Source: a virus
Virus record (IMG/VR): IMGVR_UViG_3300044609_000595
Location: 46,320-110,319 of that record
Strand: one strand, 5' to 3'
Length of the DNA: 64,000 nucleotides
Below, one piece after another: positions 46,599 to 56,056 of this stretch (positions are counted from its first letter, which is position 1; every line of letters begins with the position of its first letter). A program made the position numbers and the translations under genes. A model generated the notes under the pieces. The model had not been told where the DNA came from. It saw only the letters and a program-made list of their open reading frames with translations, and did no database searches.

Positions 46599-47507
46599 AT
46601 GGAACAACAAATGTTAAAGCCGAATATTGAGATTGATTTTCTCAATAAGTATATTTTTACTCCATCAGACGATTTAACGTCTTCTGTTGCCAGTGTTAAA
46701 ACCATCGATGAAAATCTATTAGTAAAATTCTTTGATAATATTGATCCATTTTGGCATACTGAAAACGATCAACTACAATATTTCATTCAATATAATAATG
46801 GAGAATATTTTTGTCAAAGAAGAAAATTAAAATATGATTTTGCTACTAAAACTAGTTACTGGCAAACATATAACTTAAAAAATATTCCTGCAGATAAAAT
46901 TAATCAATTAGTTGAAAGAATTGAGGCGTTTGTTATTCTTAATGCCGATGTCAAAAAGTTTTTAGCTATCAATGAAGTTAAAGAAGTTGGTCAAGAATCT
47001 CTTTTCTACGAAAGAAGATTGCTTAAAAAGCTTGCTGAAAAAAACTCTATGCTATCAGCATCTGATTGGAGAGTTCTTCCTGACGTAGTTGATACTTATC
47101 CTGGTGAAAAAGACATGTGGATGAAGTGGAGAAATACTCTACGTCAAGAAGTAATTCAAAGACCAGAAAATTTTGAAAATCCACTAGAATTTCTAAAGTA
47201 TCTTTATGATTTAAAATATCCAGTTGATCCAAAACTATATTTTAAAATGTATCCAGAAGGAAAAGATGAAGAAGGAAACGAAGTAGAATATCTTTCAACT
47301 CCAGAACAATGGGTTAGATACGATGTTGAAGCATCTACTGACTTCATCACTGCTAACGCTGTTAGAGTATTGAATTACACTAAAGGTTATATCGAAGCTA
47401 GAATTAGAGTTAAGAAAAATATTCTTAATGTTCTTAAAGAGTTTGATGTCAGCGACATTTATCCTGAGTATGATATTGATAAATTTGAAGAGGAAACTGC
47501 GGAATGA
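46599..47507 (+). CDS. Protein containing a phage tail-fibre assembly chaperone-like motif
   Basis: KNSMLSASDWRVLPD...W.KWR.TLR resembles the RN.LL..SDW..LPD...W..YR..LR chaperone motif. Confidence 0.55.
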   Translation: MEQQMLKPNIEIDFLNKYIFTPSDDLTSSVASVKTIDENLLVKFFDNIDPFWHTENDQLQYFIQYNNGEYFCQRRKLKYDFATKTSYWQTYNLKNIPADKINQLVERIEAFVILNADVKKFLAINEVKEVGQESLFYERRLLKKLAEKNSMLSASDWRVLPDVVDTYPGEKDMWMKWRNTLRQEVIQRPENFENPLEFLKYLYDLKYPVDPKLYFKMYPEGKDEEGNEVEYLSTPEQWVRYDVEASTDFITANAVRVLNYTKGYIEARIRVKKNILNVLKEFDVSDIYPEYDIDKFEEETAE

Positions 47508-48160
47508 TATTAGAAATTGAATTATTACAAGATTATGAAATTCTAACAATCCAAAATCTTTTAAGCACAGCAGCATATAAGCCAGGAAAACTCTCCACTG
47601 GAGAAAACACTGACGTTAAAGTATCTGCTGTGGTTGATCAAAATACTTTAGAGTACAAAAAAGTATACGAAATTTTATCTAGAGCAATCTCTAATAATAT
47701 TACTTTTTCTTCTTTATTATCAACTAAAAAAATAACACCACCTGTCATCGTAAACTACGAAACGGGTGGTTTTTATGATTGGCATATTGATGAAATAGAA
47801 ATAGGTAGTGTTTTAACTCACTACAGTATGACAATATTTTTAAATAATCCAGATGAATATGGTGGCGGTGAATTAATTTTAATTAGAGATGGTAAAGAAG
47901 AACAATACAAATTGCAGGCAGGTAAAGCTTTAATATATTCTACTGGTATGCTACATAAAGTTGCTCCTGTTAAAACAGGAAACAGATTAGTTTCTGTTTC
48001 TTGGTTAGAATCATTGATTAAAGATGAATTTGTTAGAAACTGTATATTCAATCTTGGTAAAATCAACAAGGAACTTCTGAACGATAAAGTAGATAGTAAC
48101 AAGGTATTGAGTTTGGAACAACTTAGAATTAATATGTTGAGGCAGTATGGAAACTTTTAG
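47504..48160 (+). CDS. PKHD-type 2OG-Fe(II) hydroxylase (YbiX/PiuC-like)
   Basis: Y..GGFYDWHID, S.TIFLN.PDEY.GGEL, KL.AG.A.IY....LH.V.PV..G.R.V.V.W.ES. Confidence 0.85.
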   Translation: MILEIELLQDYEILTIQNLLSTAAYKPGKLSTGENTDVKVSAVVDQNTLEYKKVYEILSRAISNNITFSSLLSTKKITPPVIVNYETGGFYDWHIDEIEIGSVLTHYSMTIFLNNPDEYGGGELILIRDGKEEQYKLQAGKALIYSTGMLHKVAPVKTGNRLVSVSWLESLIKDEFVRNCIFNLGKINKELLNDKVDSNKVLSLEQLRINMLRQYGNF

Positions 48161-48668
48161 TAGAGATCAAATTCTATCATATAGAAATATTTTTTCTGTA
48201 GATGATTACTGGAAAATAATAGAATATGTAAATAGACCTCAGTGGGCATTTGGTCATGGTTCAAATAATTCTGAACCAACTACACCATTTTGGGTTATGA
48301 ATTTGAATGACGAACCATTCTTTACAGACTATCTACTAAATATTATACAAGAAAAAACAAATAAAAAGTTTGATCTGGAACGAGTGTATGCCAACGGGCA
48401 TATGTTCGGAACTCAAGGAGAACCTCATCAAGATGGTTATTCTGAAAACGCTAGAACATTTTTATTTTATGCTGTAAAAAATTGGAGAGTTGATTGGTCT
48501 GGAAAAACTGTTTATATATTAAATAGAAATGAACAACATTATGAATTACCTGAACCAAATAAAGGAGTTCTTTTTCCAGGTAAAATGTTTCATTATGCTG
48601 AACAAACAACTAGAAAATTTACTGGTCTTAGAGTCACAATAGCTTGGAAATTGCACATAAAGGAGTAA
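48147..48668 (+). CDS. 2OG-Fe(II) oxygenase
   Basis: RVYANGH..G..G.PHQD, W..DW.G.T, PN.GVLFPG...H, R.TIAWK. Confidence 0.82.
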   Translation: METFSRDQILSYRNIFSVDDYWKIIEYVNRPQWAFGHGSNNSEPTTPFWVMNLNDEPFFTDYLLNIIQEKTNKKFDLERVYANGHMFGTQGEPHQDGYSENARTFLFYAVKNWRVDWSGKTVYILNRNEQHYELPEPNKGVLFPGKMFHYAEQTTRKFTGLRVTIAWKLHIKE

Positions 48669-48669
48669 A

Positions 48670-49014
48670 ATGATAATTTCAGAATACAATTGCATTTACT
48701 TTGATGATATGGTAGCTAAGTATGTCACCATGCTTGGCAAACCAGTAATTTTTATTAGAGCCTACGGGTGGAATAACGGTGCTGAGGAACAAAAAATTCA
48801 ACAGTCAAAAGAAATATACAAAAACTCACTGCCATTAGATGTATACACAACAATGGATCAATGTGAATTTTCTGTGATTGAAATTGCTGATGTTGAAGAA
48901 GCAATTCAATTTTGTGAAGATAGTTTCCCTGAGTCATCTGACAAATGTGATCCAGAACTTTATGTACATTATAAAGTTTTTAATGCCCAAGGACAAGTTG
49001 TAGCAAGTAACTAA
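48670..49014 (+). CDS. Hypothetical protein
   Basis: 114-aa ORF with AAGGAG Shine-Dalgarno. Confidence 0.7.
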   Translation: MIISEYNCIYFDDMVAKYVTMLGKPVIFIRAYGWNNGAEEQKIQQSKEIYKNSLPLDVYTTMDQCEFSVIEIADVEEAIQFCEDSFPESSDKCDPELYVHYKVFNAQGQVVASN

Positions 49015-49015
49015 A

Positions 49016-49936
49016 ATGTTTTCTGATAAATTTACTGAAATAAAGAACTATAGTTTGGTTCATAAAAAATATTTGGATACTTCTTCCATAATGCCTTGGA
49101 GATATACTTCTGTGTTTGATAGTAATTACAAACCAGAAATTAGTGAAGAAGTTAAGAATAAATTTCAGCTATTTTTTTATTATAGATTGCAATACGCTGC
49201 TCAAATTTTAGAAGATGATAGAAAATATCTAGAAATAACTCACGAGAATAATATCGTTAAAGAGTATAGAGCAATTAATCCAATCAAATTGCCATTTTTT
49301 ATTGATTCTGGCGAATGGAATCATTTCATTCATACGCTAGAAATTTCTAATTTGGATAATTGTAGACAAAGAATATTTGATTATGTTGGTGAATCTGTTG
49401 TGATGGCAAGTATTACTTCAGTGACATACGATTCAAATTGTAACGCCACTGGATTATATTTTCTTCATGATCCATCAATTTCATTAAATCATTCGGAATT
49501 GGCAAATAAACTTTGTAATGCGTCGTATTCAATTAATAGGGCAACCCCAACCGTATACATTAATCCACTTAATAATCAAATTAGTTATAATATATCTTTG
49601 CCATATGGCGCTAGGTCATTTAGATATGCTAAAATTTCTGGAAAAACTATGTTTGATTCTTCTGAATGTATTCCAACTAGAATAAAAAATCAACCACAGA
49701 CAAATAGAGTAATTAATACTTTGGTAGAGCATAAATTGATTACTGATGAAATGGTAGATTATATAAAGGAAGTTATTCCAGAAGATACTAAACTTGAGTT
49801 TGAGTATTCTATTGATGAAGATGGAAGTTTAATTGATATTATTGCTAAAAATATTGTGATTGAAGAATTTCATGATGTCGCTAAAGAAAATGATCATCCA
49901 ATGTATGATATATTTGAAAAAAGAAACTTAATTTGA
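49016..49936 (+). CDS. Hypothetical protein
   Basis: 306-aa ORF tightly packed in the operon. Confidence 0.7.
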   Translation: MFSDKFTEIKNYSLVHKKYLDTSSIMPWRYTSVFDSNYKPEISEEVKNKFQLFFYYRLQYAAQILEDDRKYLEITHENNIVKEYRAINPIKLPFFIDSGEWNHFIHTLEISNLDNCRQRIFDYVGESVVMASITSVTYDSNCNATGLYFLHDPSISLNHSELANKLCNASYSINRATPTVYINPLNNQISYNISLPYGARSFRYAKISGKTMFDSSECIPTRIKNQPQTNRVINTLVEHKLITDEMVDYIKEVIPEDTKLEFEYSIDEDGSLIDIIAKNIVIEEFHDVAKENDHPMYDIFEKRNLI

Positions 49937-49965
49937 ATGTCAGGAGACAATCACACTACTGGCAC

Positions 49966-50002
49966 AGGGGGTTGACGGACCCTCTTTTTTGTGAGATACT
50001 AT
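49966..50002 (+). promoter_or_regulatory. Terminator-like hairpin containing an early promoter -35 box
   Basis: AGGGGGTT-GACG-GACCCTCT-TTTTT with TTGACG 49972-49977 and a GATACT/TACTAT -10 candidate. Confidence 0.65.
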
Positions 50003-50023
50003 CTGTATCGAAACGCTTTTGAC

Positions 50024-51250
50024 ATGCAACTCCGCCCCCACCAGCAGCGAGCACTTGACGCCCTCCAGAAATACCAGTTCGGGCAGATCATCGCTCCAAC
50101 TGGTGCTGGCAAAACTCTTATTATGATTTTCGATGCCATGCGTCGGATGCGTGAATCTACCACACCACAGACCATTGTGATCTGTGCCCCCCGTATCCTT
50201 CTAGCAGAGCAATTGTCCAGTGAGTTTCTTGAGTTTATTGATAATGCTAACGTTATTCACGTTCACAGTGGAGAGACGCATCATAAAAGCACCACCAACC
50301 CGCAAGTAATTGCTACTTGGGATGAGGTTGTTGATAATCATAAACTTATCTTCACTACTTACAATTCTCTGCGTCGTCTCAACGAGTCTGAGATCAATAT
50401 CGACGTTGCCTATTTTGATGAAGCACACAATGCAGTCCGTACCGACTTTTTTGATTCTGTGGCATCTTGCAATGCTACTAATTACTATTATTTTACTGCT
50501 ACACCCAAGCATCGTCGTTCTTCTCTTGGAACTGGCATGAACAACAGCATGGTTTTTGGTCAGATCATTGCCAACGTTCCTGCACCTGAACTTGTGGATC
50601 AGGGAAGCATTCTGCGTCCTACCATTCAGATTCATGAAGTTGATTATGAGCGTCAGAAAGGTCTCACCGCTGCCGACAACGACGCCAGCACCCTGATCGA
50701 CATGATCGACGGACTGGACGCTAGGAACGCCCAGAAGGTGCTTGTGGCTGCTCCCAGCAGCAAAGTCTTGTGGCAGATGCTGTCGAGCACCAAGGTGCTC
50801 TCAGACCTCGCTCAGCGTGGTTTTGATGTTCTTCACATCACCAGCAAGTTTGGTGCTTATGTCAACCAAACCAAAGTTGATCGTGAGACATTCTTCGATA
50901 CCTTCAACACCTGGGGTCAAGATCCTGAGCGTAAGTTTATCATCTTCCACTACAGCATTCTGTCCGAAGGTATCAACGTTCATGGTCTGACTCACACCAT
51001 TCTGCTTCGCAATCTTCCCATCGTTGAGATGGCACAAACCATCGGTCGTGTTATTCGTCTTAACAAAGATGATGCAAAAGACATTGCTTGTGGTAAGATT
51101 GAGGCAGGTAATTTCGATATGTATCGGAAATCCACAGGGTTTGTGACCGTCCCTGTGTTCAAGAACTACGGTAAGAAAACACAGCATCGTCTGGAAGAAG
51201 TCGTAGATACCATTTTTGTTAAAGGTCAACCCGCTATTGATGTTCGCTAA
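50024..51250 (+). CDS. Superfamily 2 helicase (DEAH, ResIII-like)
   Basis: LRPHQ, APTGAGKT, FDEAH, FTATP, LSEGINV, QTIGRVIR. Confidence 0.9.
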   Translation: MQLRPHQQRALDALQKYQFGQIIAPTGAGKTLIMIFDAMRRMRESTTPQTIVICAPRILLAEQLSSEFLEFIDNANVIHVHSGETHHKSTTNPQVIATWDEVVDNHKLIFTTYNSLRRLNESEINIDVAYFDEAHNAVRTDFFDSVASCNATNYYYFTATPKHRRSSLGTGMNNSMVFGQIIANVPAPELVDQGSILRPTIQIHEVDYERQKGLTAADNDASTLIDMIDGLDARNAQKVLVAAPSSKVLWQMLSSTKVLSDLAQRGFDVLHITSKFGAYVNQTKVDRETFFDTFNTWGQDPERKFIIFHYSILSEGINVHGLTHTILLRNLPIVEMAQTIGRVIRLNKDDAKDIACGKIEAGNFDMYRKSTGFVTVPVFKNYGKKTQHRLEEVVDTIFVKGQPAIDVR

Positions 51251-51257
51251 TTACCCC

Positions 51258-51446
51258 ATGTATGAAACTCTTACAGAATTTGAAAGAGCCCTTGCTCGAT
51301 TCGGAGACAAAGTTGCTCTTATTGCTGGACTTGAAGTATCTGATAAAATCTCTCCCGAAGAAGCTTATCAGCAAATTAAAACTCTCTATAAAGAACTTAA
51401 ACAACTTAGGAAAAAAGAAAAATCTGAGTGGGATGGAGAATACTAA
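51258..51446 (+). CDS. Conserved cyanophage hypothetical protein
   Basis: FERALARFGDKV.LIAGLE...KISPEEAYQ.IK.LYKELK. Confidence 0.7.
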   Translation: MYETLTEFERALARFGDKVALIAGLEVSDKISPEEAYQQIKTLYKELKQLRKKEKSEWDGEY

Positions 51447-51594
51447 TAAGCAGAGAACTTGTGCTCGCTGCCAGCAAACAAAACCAATGACAAAAGATTA
51501 CTACGAAATCGTCAAAACTTTCCGCTCTGGTTTCTCTTATTATTGTAATGATTGCTCAGTTGAAATGAAGAAAACTAAGGCACCACCTAAATAA
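51433..51594 (+). CDS. Small zinc-finger protein
   Basis: CARC...KP.....Y.........SYYCNDC. Confidence 0.6.
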   Translation: MENTNKQRTCARCQQTKPMTKDYYEIVKTFRSGFSYYCNDCSVEMKKTKAPPK

Positions 51595-51613
51595 TTTTAC
51601 TTGGAGAAAATCT

Positions 51614-51931
51614 ATGTTATCATCTCAAACTCGACTGCGATTGGAAGAAATTTGTTCTAGAATTAAAAAGGGCGAACCAGTCTCATTCGAGGAAATGACA
51701 TGGGCACAGAAATGGGCGGATCACAATAGAAGTGCTGCCACAATTCTAAGCAAAGCAAGAAGAATTAGTATTCAGGGTGAGGCAGAGGAAGGTAGTTTAG
51801 ATGAACTACTTCAAGGTCTCGATCTCGGTGATCCAGATCCATCTAATCATTTGATTGGTCCCCAAGATCCAGAAACTCTTGGTGAATGGTTCAAGCAAGA
51901 CAAAAGAGATGACTGGAGACAGAGGGATTGA
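51614..51931 (+). CDS. Conserved cyanophage hypothetical protein
   Basis: MLSSQTRLRLE.IC.RI...LDLGDPDPSNH...DWRQRD; GGAG upstream. Confidence 0.72.
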   Translation: MLSSQTRLRLEEICSRIKKGEPVSFEEMTWAQKWADHNRSAATILSKARRISIQGEAEEGSLDELLQGLDLGDPDPSNHLIGPQDPETLGEWFKQDKRDDWRQRD

Positions 51932-52197
51932 TCATGAACATATATTATTACTACGCCATCATTGCTGTCGCTGCTGTCATTGCTTATATGATGGCAGTTG
52001 ATAAAAATGTGGCGATTTTTATTGATTTGATGATACGCTACGCTTGGGTTCAAGTCAAGCGAGCATGGTGGATTGTCAGATTTCACCCAATCAACCCAAT
52101 CCCACGCTGGACTCTCAACTGGAGAGTCGAGAGGATGACCAGGCAACTGGAAAAAGATCTTAAGATCAACACAAAGGACTTGACAGACCCCGACTGA
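51928..52197 (+). CDS. Small membrane protein
   Basis: N-terminal hydrophobic helix; FHP.NP motif. Confidence 0.6.
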   Translation: MIMNIYYYYAIIAVAAVIAYMMAVDKNVAIFIDLMIRYAWVQVKRAWWIVRFHPINPIPRWTLNWRVERMTRQLEKDLKINTKDLTDPD

Positions 52198-52208
52198 GCT
52201 GCTACGAT
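52180..52208 (+). promoter_or_regulatory. Sigma70-type early promoter
   Basis: TTGACA 52180-52185, 17 nt, TG-C-TACGAT 52203-52208. Confidence 0.7.
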
Positions 52209-52230
52209 ACCAGTATCAACAAAATTCGCC

Positions 52231-52413
52231 ATGACAAAGTACGACAGACTAATGGATGCTATTAAAGATCATCTGTATGGTTACTACATCAGTGGTCAGC
52301 AAAAAGATGGGTGGGATGAAGCAGATGCTAAAGAATCTGCTCATATGATTCTTCAGGCAGTTGAAGAGTATCAATCTTCTCCTCTAGCTAAAAACTGGAG
52401 GGCATCTGACTGA
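52231..52413 (+). CDS. Hypothetical protein
   Basis: 60-aa ORF directly after the promoter. Confidence 0.6.
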   Translation: MTKYDRLMDAIKDHLYGYYISGQQKDGWDEADAKESAHMILQAVEEYQSSPLAKNWRASD

Positions 52414-52562
52414 TGGGACATTTAAAAGTGATGAATCTCCTCAATTCGTTGGCATCAGCTAAACAAATTTTGGGTGAGATGGGAGAGTATGATGATTATG
52501 ACTTGGTGGAGCTTCTCGAAATGAAATACGAGAAGATCTACGTTCAACTATCCAAAAACTGA
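52413..52562 (+). CDS. Small hypothetical protein (49 aa)
   Basis: TGATG overlap; MGHLKVMNLLNSL... Confidence 0.5.
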   Translation: MGHLKVMNLLNSLASAKQILGEMGEYDDYDLVELLEMKYEKIYVQLSKN

Positions 52563-52574
52563 CTTTACTTTATC

Positions 52575-52802
52575 ATGGACATCCGTATTCACAACAAGTC
52601 TGGCGACTACGTTTCTATTGAAGATTACATTCAAGAAATGGAAAGCACCATCATTACTCTTCAAGCAACCATTGTTCAGCTTGAGTATCAAATGAAGACT
52701 CACACTCCAGCGGAACCCAAGGAAGCTCCCAAAACTGATTACGAAAAACTCAAAGAAGAAATTCTCGAAGAAGTAAACCTTGTTATTTCAGATCTGCTAT
52801 GA
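52575..52802 (+). CDS. Hypothetical coiled-coil protein
   Basis: 75-aa ORF with ATGA coupling to the next gene. Confidence 0.6.
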   Translation: MDIRIHNKSGDYVSIEDYIQEMESTIITLQATIVQLEYQMKTHTPAEPKEAPKTDYEKLKEEILEEVNLVISDLL

Positions 52803-53185
52803 CATTCTCAGAACCTGTTCTTGGCACTGCCACTAAAAAAATCAAACTTAACTGGTGGGAATACTGGATTGGTCATTGTTGGATGACTGGATGGCAAAGT
52901 ATTGGCGGAGCATTTCGTATCTGGTCAGATTTGATGACAGATAACTTTGCTGACTATGCTCTACCACGAACTGTAGAAGATCCATTTGAGGAGTGTCGTG
53001 ATTGGTTTTGGGTATCTCTTGGTGAAGATAATGTATATCCCCGAGAGTTTCTTGAGTATCTACAGCAGATGGTGGATGACATTGAGACAGGTAAAGAAGA
53101 ACTGATTCCACTGGACGAAGATTTCTTTGAACGCTTGAAAGAACTTGTTGCTGATGTTGATTTAGAAGAGGATGATTTACGATAA
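52799..53185 (+). CDS. Conserved cyanophage hypothetical protein (Trp-rich)
   Basis: NWWEYWIGHCWMTGWQSI..AFRIW.DLM...YP.EFLEYL.QM. Confidence 0.7.
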   Translation: MTFSEPVLGTATKKIKLNWWEYWIGHCWMTGWQSIGGAFRIWSDLMTDNFADYALPRTVEDPFEECRDWFWVSLGEDNVYPREFLEYLQQMVDDIETGKEELIPLDEDFFERLKELVADVDLEEDDLR

Positions 53186-53666
53186 CGACAAGCTAAACGA
53201 AATTTACCACGCCACTTGGCCAAATTTAGGATGGGCAAACCGTATGACTGAACACAATCTCCCTGTGCCCGATGATATGTGCTGGGTTAATCTTACTCAA
53301 GAAGAAATACAAGAACTTCGTAACAAAAAACACGAACTTACTGAATACGGAAAAGAACAACTGAAGAAACTTATGACACACGAAGAAATGCTTGATGAAG
53401 CAGAGCGTCGTGAGAAAAGCAATCGTGTTCTTCAACGATATAATGATTACTACAATATGGAATGTGCTGGACTTCCTCACGGCACACCAATCACACCAGA
53501 ACATCAACAAATGATTACACTCCAGTGTATGATTGATGCTCTACGTTGTGAGAACCTCAACCGTGAGTATAATGAGATTGCTATCACAGATATTGAAGAT
53601 CTGATTGAACAATTAGACAATCAGGCAACCAAGTTTTTACAACGAGTGAGGGAAAACAATGAGTGA
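53172..53666 (+). CDS. Hypothetical protein
   Basis: 164-aa ORF overlapping its neighbours; start uncertain. Confidence 0.55.
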   Translation: MIYDNDKLNEIYHATWPNLGWANRMTEHNLPVPDDMCWVNLTQEEIQELRNKKHELTEYGKEQLKKLMTHEEMLDEAERREKSNRVLQRYNDYYNMECAGLPHGTPITPEHQQMITLQCMIDALRCENLNREYNEIAITDIEDLIEQLDNQATKFLQRVRENNE

Positions 53667-53961
53667 TAAACCATTCTATCGTTTCTTTGCCATTGATTAC
53701 TTCGCCACAGGTGAAGGTAGGTCTTATTGGTTGAAGATCTGCCGTAACTATATTCCTATTGATGGGAGAGATCGTGAATATGAAAAGTTTGCCATGTTTG
53801 TTGGCGATGATCATTATCTTCACGGTTTTGACGAACTCACAGAAGAAGAGTTTATGGAGAAATATGCTGAACTGATTCCACATCATGTAAAAGTTCATGT
53901 ACATCGTAGAGACCAACCCTTCTTTACTTGGGAAACACACTTACACTTTAACTATTCATGA
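53659..53961 (+). CDS. Hypothetical protein
   Basis: DYFATGEGRS.W; GAGGG upstream. Confidence 0.65.
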   Translation: MSDKPFYRFFAIDYFATGEGRSYWLKICRNYIPIDGRDREYEKFAMFVGDDHYLHGFDELTEEEFMEKYAELIPHHVKVHVHRRDQPFFTWETHLHFNYS

Positions 53962-54158
53962 CTGACAAAGAACTCCACAACCCAGACGAGTTTTTGCTTG
54001 ACAATATCAAAGCATACCATTACGAGGTGATGGATGAGGGGCACCATGTCTGGATGGCATTCTATTTTGAGGATAATAGGACTGGGCACTTGAATATTTT
54101 CACGAATGGTGGTAAGATCAAAACACGTTATGAGGAATGGACTGATGACCTTGATTGA
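53958..54158 (+). CDS. Hypothetical protein
   Basis: NPDE..L..I...HYE.MDEG.HVW...Y. Confidence 0.6.
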   Translation: MTDKELHNPDEFLLDNIKAYHYEVMDEGHHVWMAFYFEDNRTGHLNIFTNGGKIKTRYEEWTDDLD

Positions 54159-54501
54159 AAAAATCAAATTGGCGTGGGAGATTTTCTTCCCACCCATGTC
54201 TACTGAAGATAATTCAACTCTCGAAGTCGATGTAGATCAAAAAGCATTTTCTATCACAATTGATGAACTGTTTGATGTGGTTACAAAAATCGTAGCACAT
54301 CCTCATACTGCTATTGTTTCTCACGACAAGCACAGAGCAGCAAAGATCTTCCTTGCCCTACAAGATTATATTGGTAATCACGTTCAAGGGATTGAAGGTT
54401 TTGGTCATTTTGTATACTCAGAACCCGCTCTTGATTTTGATACCTTTGTGGAGAATAACTTCAATGAAAAAGAACTGGAACAAATTCATAGCATGGGTTG
54501 A
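54145..54501 (+). CDS. Hypothetical protein
   Basis: ORF in the early-gene chain. Confidence 0.55.
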   Translation: MTLIEKIKLAWEIFFPPMSTEDNSTLEVDVDQKAFSITIDELFDVVTKIVAHPHTAIVSHDKHRAAKIFLALQDYIGNHVQGIEGFGHFVYSEPALDFDTFVENNFNEKELEQIHSMG

Positions 54502-54685
54502 AGATGCTTATTGGGCATGTGGTAATGTAATTCATTTTCGTACTGACATTTACGAAACTAAAATAGATTACTGTGCCTTTTGGGAAGAAATAAACTGTGG
54601 GTGGTATCAAATGTATATCTATCCATATGATGATTGGTATAACCCTACCATATCAAAAGAACGTAAATTCAGAATAGGAAAATGA
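54464..54685 (+). CDS. Trp-rich hypothetical protein
   Basis: FWEEINCGWYQM motif; ATGA overlap with the next gene. Confidence 0.55.
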   Translation: MKKNWNKFIAWVEDAYWACGNVIHFRTDIYETKIDYCAFWEEINCGWYQMYIYPYDDWYNPTISKERKFRIGK

Positions 54686-54888
54686 CTGACAGAGCACAAA
54701 AATTAATGGATTCCGTTTGGCAAGAGCGGAACACATGGGCGGACAGCGAGCAAAAACTCGTTGCCGCCATTATTCGTAAGACAATGGAATATGTGAAAAC
54801 CATGACAGCACAAAAGTTAAACAACTTGACAGTGCTGGATAGGAGTGATATGATGGCATTATCCAAAGAAGTGGAGAATCTCCCATGA
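54682..54888 (+). CDS. Small helical hypothetical protein
   Basis: MTDRAQKLMD...LVAAIIR...MALSKEVENL; AGGA upstream. Confidence 0.6.
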   Translation: MTDRAQKLMDSVWQERNTWADSEQKLVAAIIRKTMEYVKTMTAQKLNNLTVLDRSDMMALSKEVENLP

Positions 54889-55133
54889 AACTGTTTGACT
54901 ATTTCCATCAATACGATTATGGTCACGAATGGTATTTGAATGTATTTTGTACCAGATTGTTTAACCTGTTTCAGTTTAACTTAGATTGGTCTGCTTGGGC
55001 ATGTAGACCCATTTTTCTGCTGAATATTTTTGGTGAAAGTTTGTTTGGGTTTAATATTTCTGTCTACAAATTTTCATTCTCTTTTGATTTCCTCGCTTAT
55101 CGTCAACGTCAGTTAGATTGGTATCGCCAATGA
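54885..55133 (+). CDS. Hypothetical protein (aromatic, beta-rich)
   Basis: ATGA overlaps on both sides. Confidence 0.55.
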   Translation: MKLFDYFHQYDYGHEWYLNVFCTRLFNLFQFNLDWSAWACRPIFLLNIFGESLFGFNISVYKFSFSFDFLAYRQRQLDWYRQ

Positions 55134-55495
55134 ACTTTCCAGCGTTTTTAAATAAATGGATAATTGGATTTGAACCGATTAAGTATACAATTTTTTGGTA
55201 TTGGTATCGTCTTATCAATCATGATAACTGGCGTATGGATGACCACCAACGATATGCTGATTTCTGGTTAAATCTCAATCATGGTTGGGATCATATGAAT
55301 TATGTTCATAAATTTGAAGAATACTGGGGTAAAGGTTCTTATCCACCAGAACGTATCATAGTATCAGAAGAAACATATGATGCTTTGATTGAACGTATTA
55401 ATGCTCCACCCGATCCAAAAGTACAAGAGAGATTTCGTGAGATATTAAACAAAAAAGCACCCTGGGACGATGACTATGAGCAACCCACTACTTGA
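55130..55495 (+). CDS. Hypothetical protein
   Basis: FW.NLN.GW..M and C-terminal VSEE.YD.L.E.IN.PP...KAPWD. Confidence 0.6.
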   Translation: MNFPAFLNKWIIGFEPIKYTIFWYWYRLINHDNWRMDDHQRYADFWLNLNHGWDHMNYVHKFEEYWGKGSYPPERIIVSEETYDALIERINAPPDPKVQERFREILNKKAPWDDDYEQPTT

Positions 55496-55994
55496 TAAAT
55501 TTGACGAAATATACGGAAAATCTAAGGTAGAAACTGAGAAAGAAACTAAGGAAGAACCTGTAGATAAAAGAAAAGAAATTCTTGAAGAAGCAGAAGAAGA
55601 ATTTGATAGAATCATAGGCGGTAACATCCCATTTACTATATCAAATACTCCTATTAATTCTATTTCTGCCCCAGCAAAAGGAACACTTTCTATTAACGGT
55701 GGGGGTGAACTAACAGTATTTGATGGTAGCAATAATGTTGTGATACCTACAGGAACTGTAAGTAATGGTTCTTTACACATGGATGGTAGTTGGGTGACGC
55801 CAAATACCATAACATCTCATGTTGTTAAACAAAAGATGTTTACTATAGATCCTCAAAATGAAATAGAAGAACAATTTTGTAGAATTCTTCGTGATGTCAC
55901 CGATAAAAGAGCAATTATAACAGGATTGACTGTTAATTCTGACGGTGGCGGAAGATTAAATTACTCTATTGAAATCGCTGGGACATATCCGTAA
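55470..55994 (+). CDS. Hypothetical protein
   Basis: 174-aa ORF. Confidence 0.6.
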   Translation: MTMSNPLLDKFDEIYGKSKVETEKETKEEPVDKRKEILEEAEEEFDRIIGGNIPFTISNTPINSISAPAKGTLSINGGGELTVFDGSNNVVIPTGTVSNGSLHMDGSWVTPNTITSHVVKQKMFTIDPQNEIEEQFCRILRDVTDKRAIITGLTVNSDGGGRLNYSIEIAGTYP

Positions 55995-56007
55995 AACTTA
56001 TCAGTGC

Positions 56008-56036
56008 TTGACAGACCACGATCACCCTGTTATTTT
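56008..56036 (+). promoter_or_regulatory. Sigma70-type promoter for the RNA repair cassette
   Basis: TTGACA 56008-56013, 17 nt, TG-T-TATTTT. Confidence 0.55.
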
Positions 56037-56056
56037 AATTGAAATTAATCAAGACC

